Part shown: piece after piece, positions 31,880-41,449 of the stretch
Position numbering within the stretch: the first letter of the stretch is position 1
Layout of the letters: each line of letters starts with the position of its first letter
Origin: a virus
Taxonomy: Duplodnaviria; Caudoviricetes
Direction: 5' to 3' (one strand)
Virus record (IMG/VR): IMGVR_UViG_3300036770_003769
Location: 1-55,101 of that record
DNA length: 55,101 nt
Notes under the pieces: model-generated
Told to the model about the DNA's origin: nothing
The model's database searches: none
The model's input: the letters and a program-made list of their open reading frames with translations, nothing else
Made by a program: the position numbers and the translations under genes

Positions 31880-32614
31880 ATGTTACCTAAAATTGATCAT
31901 CCAATTCATGAGATTGAATTGAATTCTATAAAGAAGGTTGTTAAATTTAGACCATTTCTCGTAAAAGAAGAAAAGATTCTTTTAATGGCTTTAGAAGCCA
32001 ATGATGAGACGTCAATGATTAACGCCATTCGTCAAATTATTCAAAACTGCGTTATTGAACCGCAAAACTTTAGTGTTGATGATTTGGCAATCTATGATTT
32101 AGAATACTTCTTTATAAAACTTCGTGCCCATTCAATGGGAGAAATTATCGAAACAAAGTATACATGCCAGCAAGTCGCTCCTGAAAGCGGAGAGAAGTGC
32201 GGCAATCTTATGGATGTAAAAGTAAATCTATTTGACGTAAAATTAAAGAATATGGATTGCAACCCAATTATCAAGTTCACTGATAAGATTGGCGTTAAGA
32301 TGAAGCATCCGAATATTAATTCTTTACAACAAATGTCTGAGATTAATTTCTCAGAAAGCGTCAAAAATGTAATTGATTTCATTTACGATTGTGTTGATTC
32401 CGCTTTTGATGAGAATCAGACATATGCGAAGGATGAAATTAGCCGAGAAGAGTTTACTGAGTTTGTCGAAAATATGACAAAGAATGACTTCGATAAATTT
32501 GAAGCATACTTCACATCATTACCGAAGTTATCTCATGTGATTGAGAAAGGTTGTTCAAGGTGCGGATTTGAACATAAAATCGTCTTGGAGGGAATCGGCG
32601 ATTTTTTCGATTAA
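31880..32614 (+). CDS. gp26: Baseplate hub assembly protein gp26-like
   Basis: MLPKID.P, KFRPFLVKEEKILLMA, DLEYFFIKLRAHS.GE, CxxC pairs, LEG..DFF end. Confidence 0.88.
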   Translation: MLPKIDHPIHEIELNSIKKVVKFRPFLVKEEKILLMALEANDETSMINAIRQIIQNCVIEPQNFSVDDLAIYDLEYFFIKLRAHSMGEIIETKYTCQQVAPESGEKCGNLMDVKVNLFDVKLKNMDCNPIIKFTDKIGVKMKHPNINSLQQMSEINFSESVKNVIDFIYDCVDSAFDENQTYAKDEISREEFTEFVENMTKNDFDKFEAYFTSLPKLSHVIEKGCSRCGFEHKIVLEGIGDFFD

Positions 32615-32811
32615 GCCTTTGTAATGAAAATCTGAAGAACTTTTTTAAAACTAACTTTGCATTGATAAAACACCACAACTTTAATGTGGCTGAGTTGGAA
32701 AATATGATCCCTTGGGAGAGGGAGACATATGTGTTGCTAGTCATACAGTACTTGAAGCAAGAGCAAGAGCGTCAACAATTAGAGCAATTAGCGAAAAAGA
32801 AGAGTAGATAA
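32602..32811 (+). CDS. gp51-like baseplate assembly peptide in the -1 frame of gp26 (not in the ORF track)
   Basis: Manual translation: FFRLSLCNENLKNFFKTNFALIKHHNFNVAELENMIPWERETYVLLVIQYLKQEQERQ...*. The ELENMIPWER motif is characteristic; no ATG precedes the conserved N-terminal part. Confidence 0.75.
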   Translation, partial: FFRLSLCNENLKNFFKTNFALIKHHNFNVAELENMIPWERETYVLLVIQYLKQEQERQQLEQLAKKKSR

Positions 32812-32813
32812 AA

Positions 32814-34550
32814 ATGCCAAACGAATCGTCATCCCCTACACCAAGTCCACTTGCAACGCTAATTGGTGGTGGCAAACAGCCACAAACAAAAAAGGCTACT
32901 CCAAAACAAAAAGTTGACGGTATGCGTTCATATACAGCTGGACGTTCTGTTGGAGATTTTCTTGCTGCACAATCCGAAAGTCCATTCCTACGATCCATGT
33001 ATGCTTATAGTAAGACGATTCGTCAGCGTAGAGAAATGGAAGACAGAAAAAAAGCAGGTATGCCAACAGAGGAAGGTTTAGAAGGAGAAGAAGGTGGGCA
33101 AACTCCGAAAAAACGCACAGGCATTAGAACAATTCAAACATTTCGTCGTCAACTTAAGACTGTTGAAAAGGTGACTGTTGAAACACAAAAAGACACTAAA
33201 GAAGTTATCAAAGCAATCAGTGAGATAAAAAAAGGTATTTTGGGTATCAAGAGTGCTATTAGCAATTTAAGAAGTTCACTCGGTAAAATCACAAGTTCAA
33301 TTACACCGTCGCCAGAAAATTCAATTGCTGCGTCAGCTGCACGTATGTATGATACTGCTGGAGCAGATACAAAAGAGTTATTAAAACCAATTGACGTGAA
33401 ATCTTCTGGTGGTGAAGATTTTATGTATTACAGAGGCGCACCACAAGGTCGACAATTCTATAAGAAAGGTAAATCAGGAACAGCTGGTGCAATTGCATCA
33501 AAGGAATTGAGTCAAGATCTTTATGCACAATTGGATAAGAAATTATCCATGATTAGCGCACAAATGAATGGTGGCGTTGACGATCAAGGAAAAGTATTAG
33601 CGCCAAAAGATTATGGTCCATTAAAAGAAGTGGACGATAAAGAAGAAGTTGAAAAGTTAGAAAAAGCATTAGATGCTGCATTGAGGAAAGTTCTACCTAG
33701 TGCATTAGAAGAGGCTGGAATGGGTCAACAAATGCCAATGCCTGGTGGTGGCGGTGGTGGTATATTAGATGGACTTGGAAGTTTAGCCATGAGAGGTGTT
33801 GGGGCATTGGCTCGTGGTGCTGGTGCATTGGGTAAAAAAGCATTTCAAGGAGTCAAAAACCTTGGAAGTAAAGTCGGAAACTTTATGCGCGGTGGTGCTG
33901 CACCAGCATTAACGCCAACAATGCCAACAGGAACTGCTGCTCCAGCAACAACAGTACCAGCAGCTAAAGTTGCTGCAGCTGAAACTGCAGGGACAACAGC
34001 AACAAAAGGTGCAGCAGCTGCAACAAGTGCTGGCGAAGCGGCTGCGAAAACAGGAACAAAAACTGCAGCCAAAGCAGCAGGTAAAGGTGTATTGAAATCT
34101 GCTCTAAAGAAAATCCCAATCATCGGCGCTGTTGCAGGATTAGGTTTTGCTGCAAGTAGATTAATGGCTGGTGATAAAACGGGTGCGGCATTAGAAGCTG
34201 CCTCTGGATTAGCGGGAACGATTCCTGGAATTGGTACTGCCGCTTCTGTTGGACTTGATGCAACTCTTGCTGCTCGTGATGCTGGAATGTTTGGTAAAAC
34301 TGCATCCGCACTTCCTTTGAATAACGACATACCAGCAACAATTGTTGAACGCTCTAGTGCACAATTAGATGCAACGAAAAATTCTGCTGCACCTATTGTG
34401 ATAAATGCGCCATCATCACCACCAGCAGTTCCTCCTCCACCACCACAACAAAAAGTTATAACTGGAACGCCTGTGGTGCGCAATCCTGATGATGCATTCA
34501 TTAGAGCAACATCAAGAGACTTCTATCATCCAGCATCAATGTACAAATAA
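32814..34550 (+). CDS. Putative tape-measure / baseplate hub protein (gp29-like)
   Basis: 578 aa with coiled and A/G-rich segments (LKKIPIIGAVAGLGFA..RL..GD..GA.LE); position after gp26/gp51. Confidence 0.55.
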   Translation: MPNESSSPTPSPLATLIGGGKQPQTKKATPKQKVDGMRSYTAGRSVGDFLAAQSESPFLRSMYAYSKTIRQRREMEDRKKAGMPTEEGLEGEEGGQTPKKRTGIRTIQTFRRQLKTVEKVTVETQKDTKEVIKAISEIKKGILGIKSAISNLRSSLGKITSSITPSPENSIAASAARMYDTAGADTKELLKPIDVKSSGGEDFMYYRGAPQGRQFYKKGKSGTAGAIASKELSQDLYAQLDKKLSMISAQMNGGVDDQGKVLAPKDYGPLKEVDDKEEVEKLEKALDAALRKVLPSALEEAGMGQQMPMPGGGGGGILDGLGSLAMRGVGALARGAGALGKKAFQGVKNLGSKVGNFMRGGAAPALTPTMPTGTAAPATTVPAAKVAAAETAGTTATKGAAAATSAGEAAAKTGTKTAAKAAGKGVLKSALKKIPIIGAVAGLGFAASRLMAGDKTGAALEAASGLAGTIPGIGTAASVGLDATLAARDAGMFGKTASALPLNNDIPATIVERSSAQLDATKNSAAPIVINAPSSPPAVPPPPPQQKVITGTPVVRNPDDAFIRATSRDFYHPASMYK

Positions 34551-34579
34551 AAAAGGGAGGCTTTCGCCTCCCTTCTCTT
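34548..34579. terminator. Bidirectional intrinsic terminator between convergent genes
   Basis: AGGGAGGC-TTTC-GCCTCCCT stem, A-run on the left (U-tract for gp32), pyrimidine run on the right. Confidence 0.85.
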
Positions 34580-34604
34580 AATATAACCAACTCGGATTGG
34601 TATA

Positions 34605-35474
34605 TTAATCTTCAGCCAACTTTCCGAAGAAAGCCATTGAATCATCATCGTCAGTAGCGGCAACGCCGACATCTTCATCAGCCAGTTCGAGATCTTCAGC
34701 CTTCGACTTTGCACGCGCAGCGGCAACGCCATCAAGACCAAGAACGCGATCTAACTTCGACTTCAATTCATCGTAAGACTTAAAGTGCTTCGGATCGAGG
34801 AATTCCTTGAGAGAATATTCCGCTTTCCAAATACTTTCGATCTTATCGTCATCACCATCAAACAATGGAGACGGAGTATCAAACTCAGACTTATCGTAGT
34901 TACGATAGCCTTCAACCTTACGGATCTTGAGTTTGAAGTTAGCACCATCCCAGAAGCTGAACGGATTGACTGCCTTCTCATCTTCAAATTGCGGTTCGAT
35001 CTTTTCCTTGATCTTATCAAAGATTTTCTTACCGTACTTGTAGAGGAAAACTTTTCCTTCGTTGGCAGGATTTGCAGTATCCTTAATGACAAGAACGTTT
35101 GAGATATAAGTCAAACGACGCTTCTGCTTGCGAGCAATTTCCTTGTTCGCTTCAATGCCAGAGTTCCAGAGTTGAGTGTTGTACTCAGACACAGGATCCT
35201 TCTGACCAAGAGTCGTCAAACTGTTCTCAATGTACCAACCACCAGGACCTTGGAAGCCATGACTGAACACTTGAACCCACGGCATACCATCTTCCCCATC
35301 GACAGCAGGGGCATCAAGAAAACGAATGACAGCGTAGCCATTACCAGCGGCATCAACCTCTGGTTGCCACATGCGTTCATCTTCTTTTGAACCACTGTTC
35401 TTTGTGGTAGATTCGAGTGCTCGAGCGAGCTTTCCAAGAGAGGAGTTCTTCTTGAGTGCAGATAGATTAGACAT
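34605..35474 (-). CDS. gp32: Single-stranded DNA-binding protein gp32
   Basis: DERMWQP.VD.AGNGYAVIRFL, HGFQGPGGWYIENSLTT, GANFKLKIRKVEGYRNYDKSEF, acidic tail. Confidence 0.96.
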   Translation of the reverse strand: MSNLSALKKNSSLGKLARALESTTKNSGSKEDERMWQPEVDAAGNGYAVIRFLDAPAVDGEDGMPWVQVFSHGFQGPGGWYIENSLTTLGQKDPVSEYNTQLWNSGIEANKEIARKQKRRLTYISNVLVIKDTANPANEGKVFLYKYGKKIFDKIKEKIEPQFEDEKAVNPFSFWDGANFKLKIRKVEGYRNYDKSEFDTPSPLFDGDDDKIESIWKAEYSLKEFLDPKHFKSYDELKSKLDRVLGLDGVAAARAKSKAEDLELADEDVGVAATDDDDSMAFFGKLAED

Positions 35475-35538
35475 ATGTATTACCTCGTATGTATTGTATT
35501 AGTAGTATTAATTGTATCCACATTTTCATAACAACAAT

Positions 35539-35567
35539 AGTATATATTAAACCGCGACAGGAGTCAA
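35539..35567 (-). promoter_or_regulatory. sigma70-type promoter for gp32
   Basis: TTGACT-17 nt-TATACT. Confidence 0.75.
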
Positions 35568-36155
35568 CTCCTTCTTGATCATGAATTTAAACATACTATC
35601 ATTCAACGGAGCATAAGCAAAAAAGAATGGCTTATACTTATTGAATTTCTTGTAAAGATCACTCCATATAAAGTCATCTTCAATCTTTGTATTCCAACGA
35701 TCAAACAACTTGATTGCGTGATCTAATATGATTAGTGAATCCAGATTAATTTCCTTTTGCATGTATAGATTGAGAAGTTCAGGGAACTGCCCATCCTTAC
35801 AGCGTAATGAATCACCAAAGTTAATTTGTTTAAGTTTGTTTAGATCTTCGTTAAAATTTTCAGCGCGTGCGGATTGCCAAGTTTTCCAATCTTTAAAAAG
35901 TTGTTTTGCTTCGTCTTTGAGTAGTTCACTTATCCAATTTTTATCTTTATGAAAGAAGTTCACTGCATAAAAATATGGCAGTTCACCTTCGTCATACATT
36001 CTTGCTATTCTGTGAAATGAGTATTTGTCTTTTCTTAAATCAAACGTTTCAATTGTCGTTCTTGATTTGCCATTGTATTGAAAGTAGTCGAAGTGATCAT
36101 TAGTGAAATGCAATCTCACTGACATGTAACAAACATAGGCGTCGTAGCCATTCAT
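35547..36155 (-). CDS. gp59: Helicase loader gp59
   Basis: Y..YMSVRLHFT...DYFQYNGK...F..RKDKY.F; synteny between gp33 and gp32. Confidence 0.85.
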   Translation of the reverse strand: MNGYDAYVCYMSVRLHFTNDHFDYFQYNGKSRTTIETFDLRKDKYSFHRIARMYDEGELPYFYAVNFFHKDKNWISELLKDEAKQLFKDWKTWQSARAENFNEDLNKLKQINFGDSLRCKDGQFPELLNLYMQKEINLDSLIILDHAIKLFDRWNTKIEDDFIWSDLYKKFNKYKPFFFAYAPLNDSMFKFMIKKELTPVAV

Positions 36156-36373
36156 ATTGGCAATCTAGATGACCTTTGTATGAAACGTAACGTCTGTGCT
36201 TCAACTTCAATTTTAGATTTTAGGTTTTCGTTGACGAGACTGGCAGCAACTTCAACCTCAAGACCACTTTCTTCGCAATAATGAGTTATAGCGTCAATTA
36301 GACTTAAATTCATCTTACTAGCCATTTCTTCAATCATTAAACAAAAATTATTTTTTTCTTCGCGAGTTGCCAT
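36152..36373 (-). CDS. gp33: Late-transcription coactivator gp33
   Basis: F...IE......IDAI.HYCE...E.E....L....LKSKIEVEA..L.F....RLPI. Confidence 0.88.
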   Translation of the reverse strand: MATREEKNNFCLMIEEMASKMNLSLIDAITHYCEESGLEVEVAASLVNENLKSKIEVEAQTLRFIQRSSRLPI

Positions 36374-37416
36374 CAGCTTGGTCCAAATACTTCGTTAATT
36401 ACGCGATTGACTTTGATGAATTTACCTTTATGGTAGAGTTGATACAGATCCTCAGCACCAACATAAGTGCATGCAGAACGAATACCACCCAAAAGATGTT
36501 TCACAGTGTTTGACACTTTACCGCGATACGGTATATAGACCTCTTTTCCTTCACTGGCTCGATAGTCAGCAACACCACCATTGTGAAGTTCTTGTGCAGC
36601 CTTCGAAGCCATACCATAGAATGGTATCCTGCTTGCGTCTTTGATATTATCTCTGAATCCTGGCGGCAAGCCTTCTTCATGCGCTGCAAACATACCACCA
36701 ATCATAACAAAGTGCGCACCTGCAGCGAATGCTTTGGCTACATCTCCAGGGCAGGTACAACCACCATCAGACATAATACGACCACGCGCTGATTCTGCTG
36801 CATCATAACATTCAAGAACCGCAGAGAGTTGTGGGTAACCAACGCCAGTCATCTTACGAGTCGTGCAAACTGATCCAGGACCGATGCCAATCTTAACGAT
36901 ATCCGCACCGACTTCAATGAGAGACTCAACTGCTTCTGGTGTTACGACATTGCCTGCAATTAAACCATACTCTGGATAGTTCTCTGCAAACTCGCCAACA
37001 AAATCTAAAAATCTAGAAGTATAACCATTAGCAACATCAATACAAACTGCGCGTGGAATGGGTATATCATTGTCGATACAGTGGGCGTGGAAATTTGTAA
37101 ACTTGTCTAGATCAGTGTTATTAGCGCCAAGAGAATAAATTGCATAATGTGCAACGTCACGCTCTGTATCGTAAAAGTCAATTAGCGCATTTAGAGGATA
37201 ATGTTTATTTAATGCAGTAAGGATATTATCGCGACTCAATGCTGTAGCCATCTCGAAAGTACCAACACCGTCCATGTTTGCTGCAACGATTGGAACTACA
37301 TCTAGGTCGAAAAAATCAACTTCAAGATCAACCAATTGACGCGAATGTAGATCTGAGTGTTTTGGCACTAGAAGTACATCAGCAAAATCTAATTTCGTTT
37401 CAACATCTATCTTCAT
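36373..37416 (-). CDS. guaC: GMP reductase
   Basis: [70 protein letters not shown]. Confidence 0.9.
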   Translation of the reverse strand: MKIDVETKLDFADVLLVPKHSDLHSRQLVDLEVDFFDLDVVPIVAANMDGVGTFEMATALSRDNILTALNKHYPLNALIDFYDTERDVAHYAIYSLGANNTDLDKFTNFHAHCIDNDIPIPRAVCIDVANGYTSRFLDFVGEFAENYPEYGLIAGNVVTPEAVESLIEVGADIVKIGIGPGSVCTTRKMTGVGYPQLSAVLECYDAAESARGRIMSDGGCTCPGDVAKAFAAGAHFVMIGGMFAAHEEGLPPGFRDNIKDASRIPFYGMASKAAQELHNGGVADYRASEGKEVYIPYRGKVSNTVKHLLGGIRSACTYVGAEDLYQLYHKGKFIKVNRVINEVFGPS

Positions 37417-37426
37417 ATATTACACC

Positions 37427-37969
37427 TTACTCATAAAATATGTGCGCACCAATTTTGGTGATACGCTGTTTATGTTTAGCCCAGAAAGGTTTTACATAGT
37501 CAGCATGATAGTATAACGCATTACGCAGTTCAGGTAAAGTATTTTTTTCACCTGAGATTATATCCTCAGACATCTTGTGTATATGTTTCCAGTGTATGTC
37601 TTGGAATCTGGTATTGGAAATCTTTCTTTGACAAACCCAGCTGAATTCACAAGTTGTCTTTCTTTCATATACGACTCTACAAATTGAGTTAGCAAAGTCT
37701 TCATGTTTAACGCGATTAAGCGTCACAGTCGCGACTGCCAACTGACCTTTTTTAGACTCGCCAGCAGATTCGTAATAAATGTTATCTGCCAAACAAATTG
37801 CTTGTTCCTTATCGAAATTGTGACCCAGTAAATTTTCAATGTTATCTTTTAGATAAAGTTTATATGCTCCGTACATTATCAACGGGAATACTATTAAGAA
37901 TATGATAACATAATAAAAGATAAAAGAAACAATTTTCTTTCTTAAGAACTCAAAACTTTCTTCATTCAT
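37427..37969 (-). CDS. SleB-like cell-wall hydrolase (Hydrolase_2) with N-terminal TM helix
   Basis: CLADNIYYESAGE...AVATVTLNRV...CEFSW...YYHADYVKPFW...IGAHIFY. Confidence 0.85.
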   Translation of the reverse strand: MNEESFEFLRKKIVSFIFYYVIIFLIVFPLIMYGAYKLYLKDNIENLLGHNFDKEQAICLADNIYYESAGESKKGQLAVATVTLNRVKHEDFANSICRVVYERKTTCEFSWVCQRKISNTRFQDIHWKHIHKMSEDIISGEKNTLPELRNALYYHADYVKPFWAKHKQRITKIGAHIFYE

Positions 37970-37972
37970 AAA

Positions 37973-38587
37973 TTAATTCTGATAGAACAAATGATTGCCA
38001 ACTTTCTTTACAAACGTTTTAGTGCGAGACCAGTTAGGTTCAACATAATGAGCGTGAAAAAATTTAGCGTCGCCAACAACATTACTGTCTTTCTTCGCAA
38101 CAAGCATTTGCTGAGAGATTCGCATTGATTCAGTCCAACTCGCAGCGCGAACATTCACTCGCTTTTTGCCTTCACAGACCCAACTAAATTGGCAGACACC
38201 TTTAGCCTTTTGGTAGACTACGCCACAAACTGTTTTTGGATATGCTGAACTTCTGACTCGATTGAGAGTTACTTCGGCAACAGCAACTTTACCTGCATAT
38301 GGTTCACCACCTGCCTCGAAGTAGATATTGCGAGCAAGGCATTCAACTTCTTTCATCAAAGCCTGTTGTTTATCATAAGATAATTGAAAGAAAGCCATCT
38401 CGTTATGCATATAAGTCATTTCTTGAACAAGACGAGTATTGACAATCATCTGATGTTCAAGAGTATCCTTTGTCTTTAAATGTGAAGACATCGGAACGTA
38501 GATAGCCAAGAAAAGAAACGCAAACAACCCACCAACTTTAAGAATGAAATCATGATACTTATCAACAAAATTTTGAACTGCATTCAT
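37973..38587 (-). CDS. SleB-like cell-wall hydrolase (Hydrolase_2) with N-terminal TM helix
   Basis: CLARNIYFEAGGE...AVAEVTLNRV...CQFSW...FFHAHYVEPNW...VGNHLFY. Confidence 0.88.
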   Translation of the reverse strand: MNAVQNFVDKYHDFILKVGGLFAFLFLAIYVPMSSHLKTKDTLEHQMIVNTRLVQEMTYMHNEMAFFQLSYDKQQALMKEVECLARNIYFEAGGEPYAGKVAVAEVTLNRVRSSAYPKTVCGVVYQKAKGVCQFSWVCEGKKRVNVRAASWTESMRISQQMLVAKKDSNVVGDAKFFHAHYVEPNWSRTKTFVKKVGNHLFYQN

Positions 38588-38647
38588 TTCAGGTTCCCCT
38601 TTATTGCGCAGTGAAATTGAATTAACTGTGTCTGATTATATGTTTAA

Positions 38648-39229
38648 TTAATTGTGAATGTATAACCCCTTTTCAATTTTCTTAGAGACATATGGTAGAT
38701 TGCAGAATTTGTTTACATACTCAACTGCAAAGTAGCCATCGGCATTAAGTTTTGTTGTATCTAATCTCATTGTTTTAGCATACACAGTTCTTGTTGCATA
38801 ATTACCAATATCAATCTTATTCACTTCGATCTTCGAATCATGCTTTTCCCACTTAATGTGACTATTGTAGAAATTGCAATGAATGAAATTTGTACTATCA
38901 TCAGCGACTGCTAAAAACTCCTGAACAAAGTTCGGGAAATAATAGTTATCATCGCCGCTCATCACCAACCACTCTTCGCGAGCATTAGCAATACCATAAT
39001 TCCGTGGGCTATGTCCCCAATCGCGGTTTGGTCCATCAATCACACTGAAACGAATTTTATCTTCAGTATGGTTCTCGAACATCTTTACAACACTATCAAA
39101 CCCTTCATAATGCCCATCGGCAACAACATGAATAGACCAGTTTGGATTCGTTTGAGCAGCAATACTCGAAATCATACCCAACAAAGGTATAGTTCTATTA
39201 CATGTTGGAATTACAAATTCTATTTTCAA
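38648..39229 (-). CDS. Glycosyltransferase family 2
   Basis: FVIPTCNR, QTNPNW..HVVADG, RNYGI, GDDNYY (DxD-like). Confidence 0.8.
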   Translation of the reverse strand: MKIEFVIPTCNRTIPLLGMISSIAAQTNPNWSIHVVADGHYEGFDSVVKMFENHTEDKIRFSVIDGPNRDWGHSPRNYGIANAREEWLVMSGDDNYYFPNFVQEFLAVADDSTNFIHCNFYNSHIKWEKHDSKIEVNKIDIGNYATRTVYAKTMRLDTTKLNADGYFAVEYVNKFCNLPYVSKKIEKGLYIHN

Positions 39230-40218
39230 GGTTTTTTCCAGAAACTGTAGATACCCTTCTCAACCTCGTAACGATCCCACATAAATCGTTCACGCATAGG
39301 TTGTATTCTAGCCCATTCCCACATACAAGTCAACCCCTCCTTAAGAGATGTTTTGTCGGAATAGCCAAGGAGATCTACTGATTTCTGGTAAGTTGGATGT
39401 GAATATTTCACTTCATGTCGTGGTTCGAGATGTACCGTTACACCTCCACCCATAACTTCTGTAAGAATAGAGTTTGCTTCCTTGATGGTGTATTCTTTCG
39501 TACCGCCAAGATTGATAATTTGTTTCGAACAGTTCTCTTGAACTGCTGCCTTCCATAATCCTTCCAAACAGTCATCGATGTAACTGAATGCGCGCATCTG
39601 CATTCCATCTCCAAAGATGGTCATTGGAAGATTGTTTAAATGTTGCCACATCCAGATGCCAAGAACATTACGATACTTGTCCCAGATGTTTTGCTTAACG
39701 CCATACACATTATGTGGACGAATGATACACCAATCAAGACCGTGCTGCTCACCCGCAATTTGAATATCGCGTTCGCATGCCATCTTTGCGACTCCATAAG
39801 GGTCTATTGGCATCAAAGGATCTGTCTCGCTAAATGGTGGAGTGCCTTCTCCGTAAACTGCGAGTGAAGAAGTAAATACAATTCTTTTCACATCATGTGT
39901 AATACATTGATTCACAACTCTTGCAGTTGAAACAAGATTGTTGGTGTAGTTGTATGAACGAATGAATGGTGAAAGACCTTCTGCAGCGTATGCGGCGAAA
40001 TGAAACACATAATCGAATTTATAGTCTTCGAACAAACGATCAAAATCATGTGCTGCAAGATCTAGTTTAGCGAGAGTGACTTTTGGGTTTACATTTTCTA
40101 GATAACCGCCACTCAAGTCGTCAATACCAATAACGTTGACACCTGGCTTATTTTCAATAATCCAATCAGCCAAACGAGAACCAAGTAATCCTGCAACTCC
40201 AGTAATCAATACGTTCAT
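39226..40218 (-). CDS. NAD-dependent epimerase/dehydratase (extended SDR)
   Basis: TGVAGLLGS Rossmann motif, FTSS, YGVAK, RPHNVYG. Confidence 0.9.
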   Translation of the reverse strand: MNVLITGVAGLLGSRLADWIIENKPGVNVIGIDDLSGGYLENVNPKVTLAKLDLAAHDFDRLFEDYKFDYVFHFAAYAAEGLSPFIRSYNYTNNLVSTARVVNQCITHDVKRIVFTSSLAVYGEGTPPFSETDPLMPIDPYGVAKMACERDIQIAGEQHGLDWCIIRPHNVYGVKQNIWDKYRNVLGIWMWQHLNNLPMTIFGDGMQMRAFSYIDDCLEGLWKAAVQENCSKQIINLGGTKEYTIKEANSILTEVMGGGVTVHLEPRHEVKYSHPTYQKSVDLLGYSDKTSLKEGLTCMWEWARIQPMRERFMWDRYEVEKGIYSFWKKP

Positions 40219-40248
40219 ACATCCTCCAAAACGAATAGTGATGTGAAT

Positions 40249-41100
40249 TTATTTAGCTCTTTTATATGTTTCTGGAAATCTAAAGAGTGAATCGTGACCA
40301 AATTGATCTTCTGGCATTTCAGCGATTAACCTCGAACCACAGTGTAGCATTTTCTTATGAATCAAATACATCGATCGATAATATGCATATGCTCCTTTAT
40401 TCATACCATATTGTTCGGTCATTTTATAATGAAAATAGTTAGAGTCAAATGGGTGCTGCAGCCACTTTAGATTTTTTTCTTGTGAAAGGAAAATAGAAAT
40501 CATTCGCTCGTGTACAAATGGGTAGTTGATAATCGGGTGCCCTAGATGAGTTTTCTTAGCAAACCCATACATAAACGAATACATTTGTTTGTCTTGTTCG
40601 ACGATTTCGAGACATTTTCGCCAAAATGCAAACCAACGATCCCAGAATTTCTTATTACCAACCCAAAAAGTACATGTTGAAAACAATGAAGGGTGAAACC
40701 CATCATTTAAAAGATCAATATCAATTTCGAGTTTATCGAGCAGCGCTTGCGTAAACTTCAAAAGCCCTGGATGAGATAAATCGCCATTTATAAATGTATT
40801 TTTATACATTGCCGCTTCAACAATACATGGATCAATAAAATACAAATCATGACCAGGATTATTTTGAATCCAATCCAAAAAGAACTTTCCAGAAGTACCA
40901 ATCTTTTGTTGCCATCTCCAACTGACGAGACCCCAATGATCTTTCGGATTATTTTTGTGCATATCATATAGTTTGACATGCAATGGATATTCCCTCAATT
41001 GTGGCGTTTTATTGATTACATTATTGAATGGAATGAACGAAGGATCTAAAAGAATTGTTTGACGATCTTCGTAATATGATTGATGTATCGATACTTGCAT
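40249..41100 (-). CDS. Hypothetical protein (possibly glycan-related)
   Basis: Long ORF in a sugar-modification cluster. Start set to ATG 41100 because the track start lies inside a terminator. Confidence 0.6.
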   Translation of the reverse strand: MQVSIHQSYYEDRQTILLDPSFIPFNNVINKTPQLREYPLHVKLYDMHKNNPKDHWGLVSWRWQQKIGTSGKFFLDWIQNNPGHDLYFIDPCIVEAAMYKNTFINGDLSHPGLLKFTQALLDKLEIDIDLLNDGFHPSLFSTCTFWVGNKKFWDRWFAFWRKCLEIVEQDKQMYSFMYGFAKKTHLGHPIINYPFVHERMISIFLSQEKNLKWLQHPFDSNYFHYKMTEQYGMNKGAYAYYRSMYLIHKKMLHCGSRLIAEMPEDQFGHDSLFRFPETYKRAK

Positions 41101-41121
41101 ATTAAACTCACAATAAAATAT

Positions 41122-41147
41122 AAAAAGGTGGCGGCGAACCGCCACCT
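41122..41147 (-). terminator. Intrinsic terminator of the tmRNA gene
   Basis: AGGTGGCGG-TTCG-CCGCCACCT followed by TTTT. Confidence 0.9.
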
Positions 41148-41149
41148 CT

Positions 41150-41441
41150 CTGACTCATTCTGTTACCAAGTGAGTCAACTCTGTTACTCTTATACCGCAA
41201 TTAAGCAGCAAGAGGCATGTCGTAAACATCATCGTTTGCGTTTACTTGTTTTGCGCTGATTAAGTCAGTCGCCTCACTGGTTGCTGTCAGGTTATTACTT
41301 GCCCTGTCGAAGCCAAATTCATCCCCGTCGGATAGCCATCACGTACATTTCTGCAGAGGTGATGGGCGTCTGATATTTGGTGGAGATGTCGGGGGTCGAA
41401 CCCGAGTCCAGAACACCTTTAATTGTCAGTTTACAACCATT
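41150..41441 (-). ncRNA. ssrA: Circularly permuted (two-piece) tmRNA, tag (A)ANDDVYDMPLAA*
   Basis: Acceptor piece with T-arm TCGGG-TTCGACC-CCCGA and CATCTCC-ACCA (ends 41378) comes first; 51-nt intervening segment; coding piece starts GGGGATG at 41326 (G3:U pair); tag ORF at 41239-41201. Outer ends approximate. Confidence 0.93.
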
Positions 41442-41449
41442 ATTCTTAT

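Noticed and set aside
33845-34501. 218-aa antisense ORF (similarly 47769..48434)
   Set aside because: Antisense to Ala-rich genes whose codon bias suppresses stops; no recognisable motifs.
41378-41410. tRNA-like T-arm and CCA end
   Set aside because: No anticodon arm or matching 5' half upstream; it is the acceptor piece of the permuted tmRNA.
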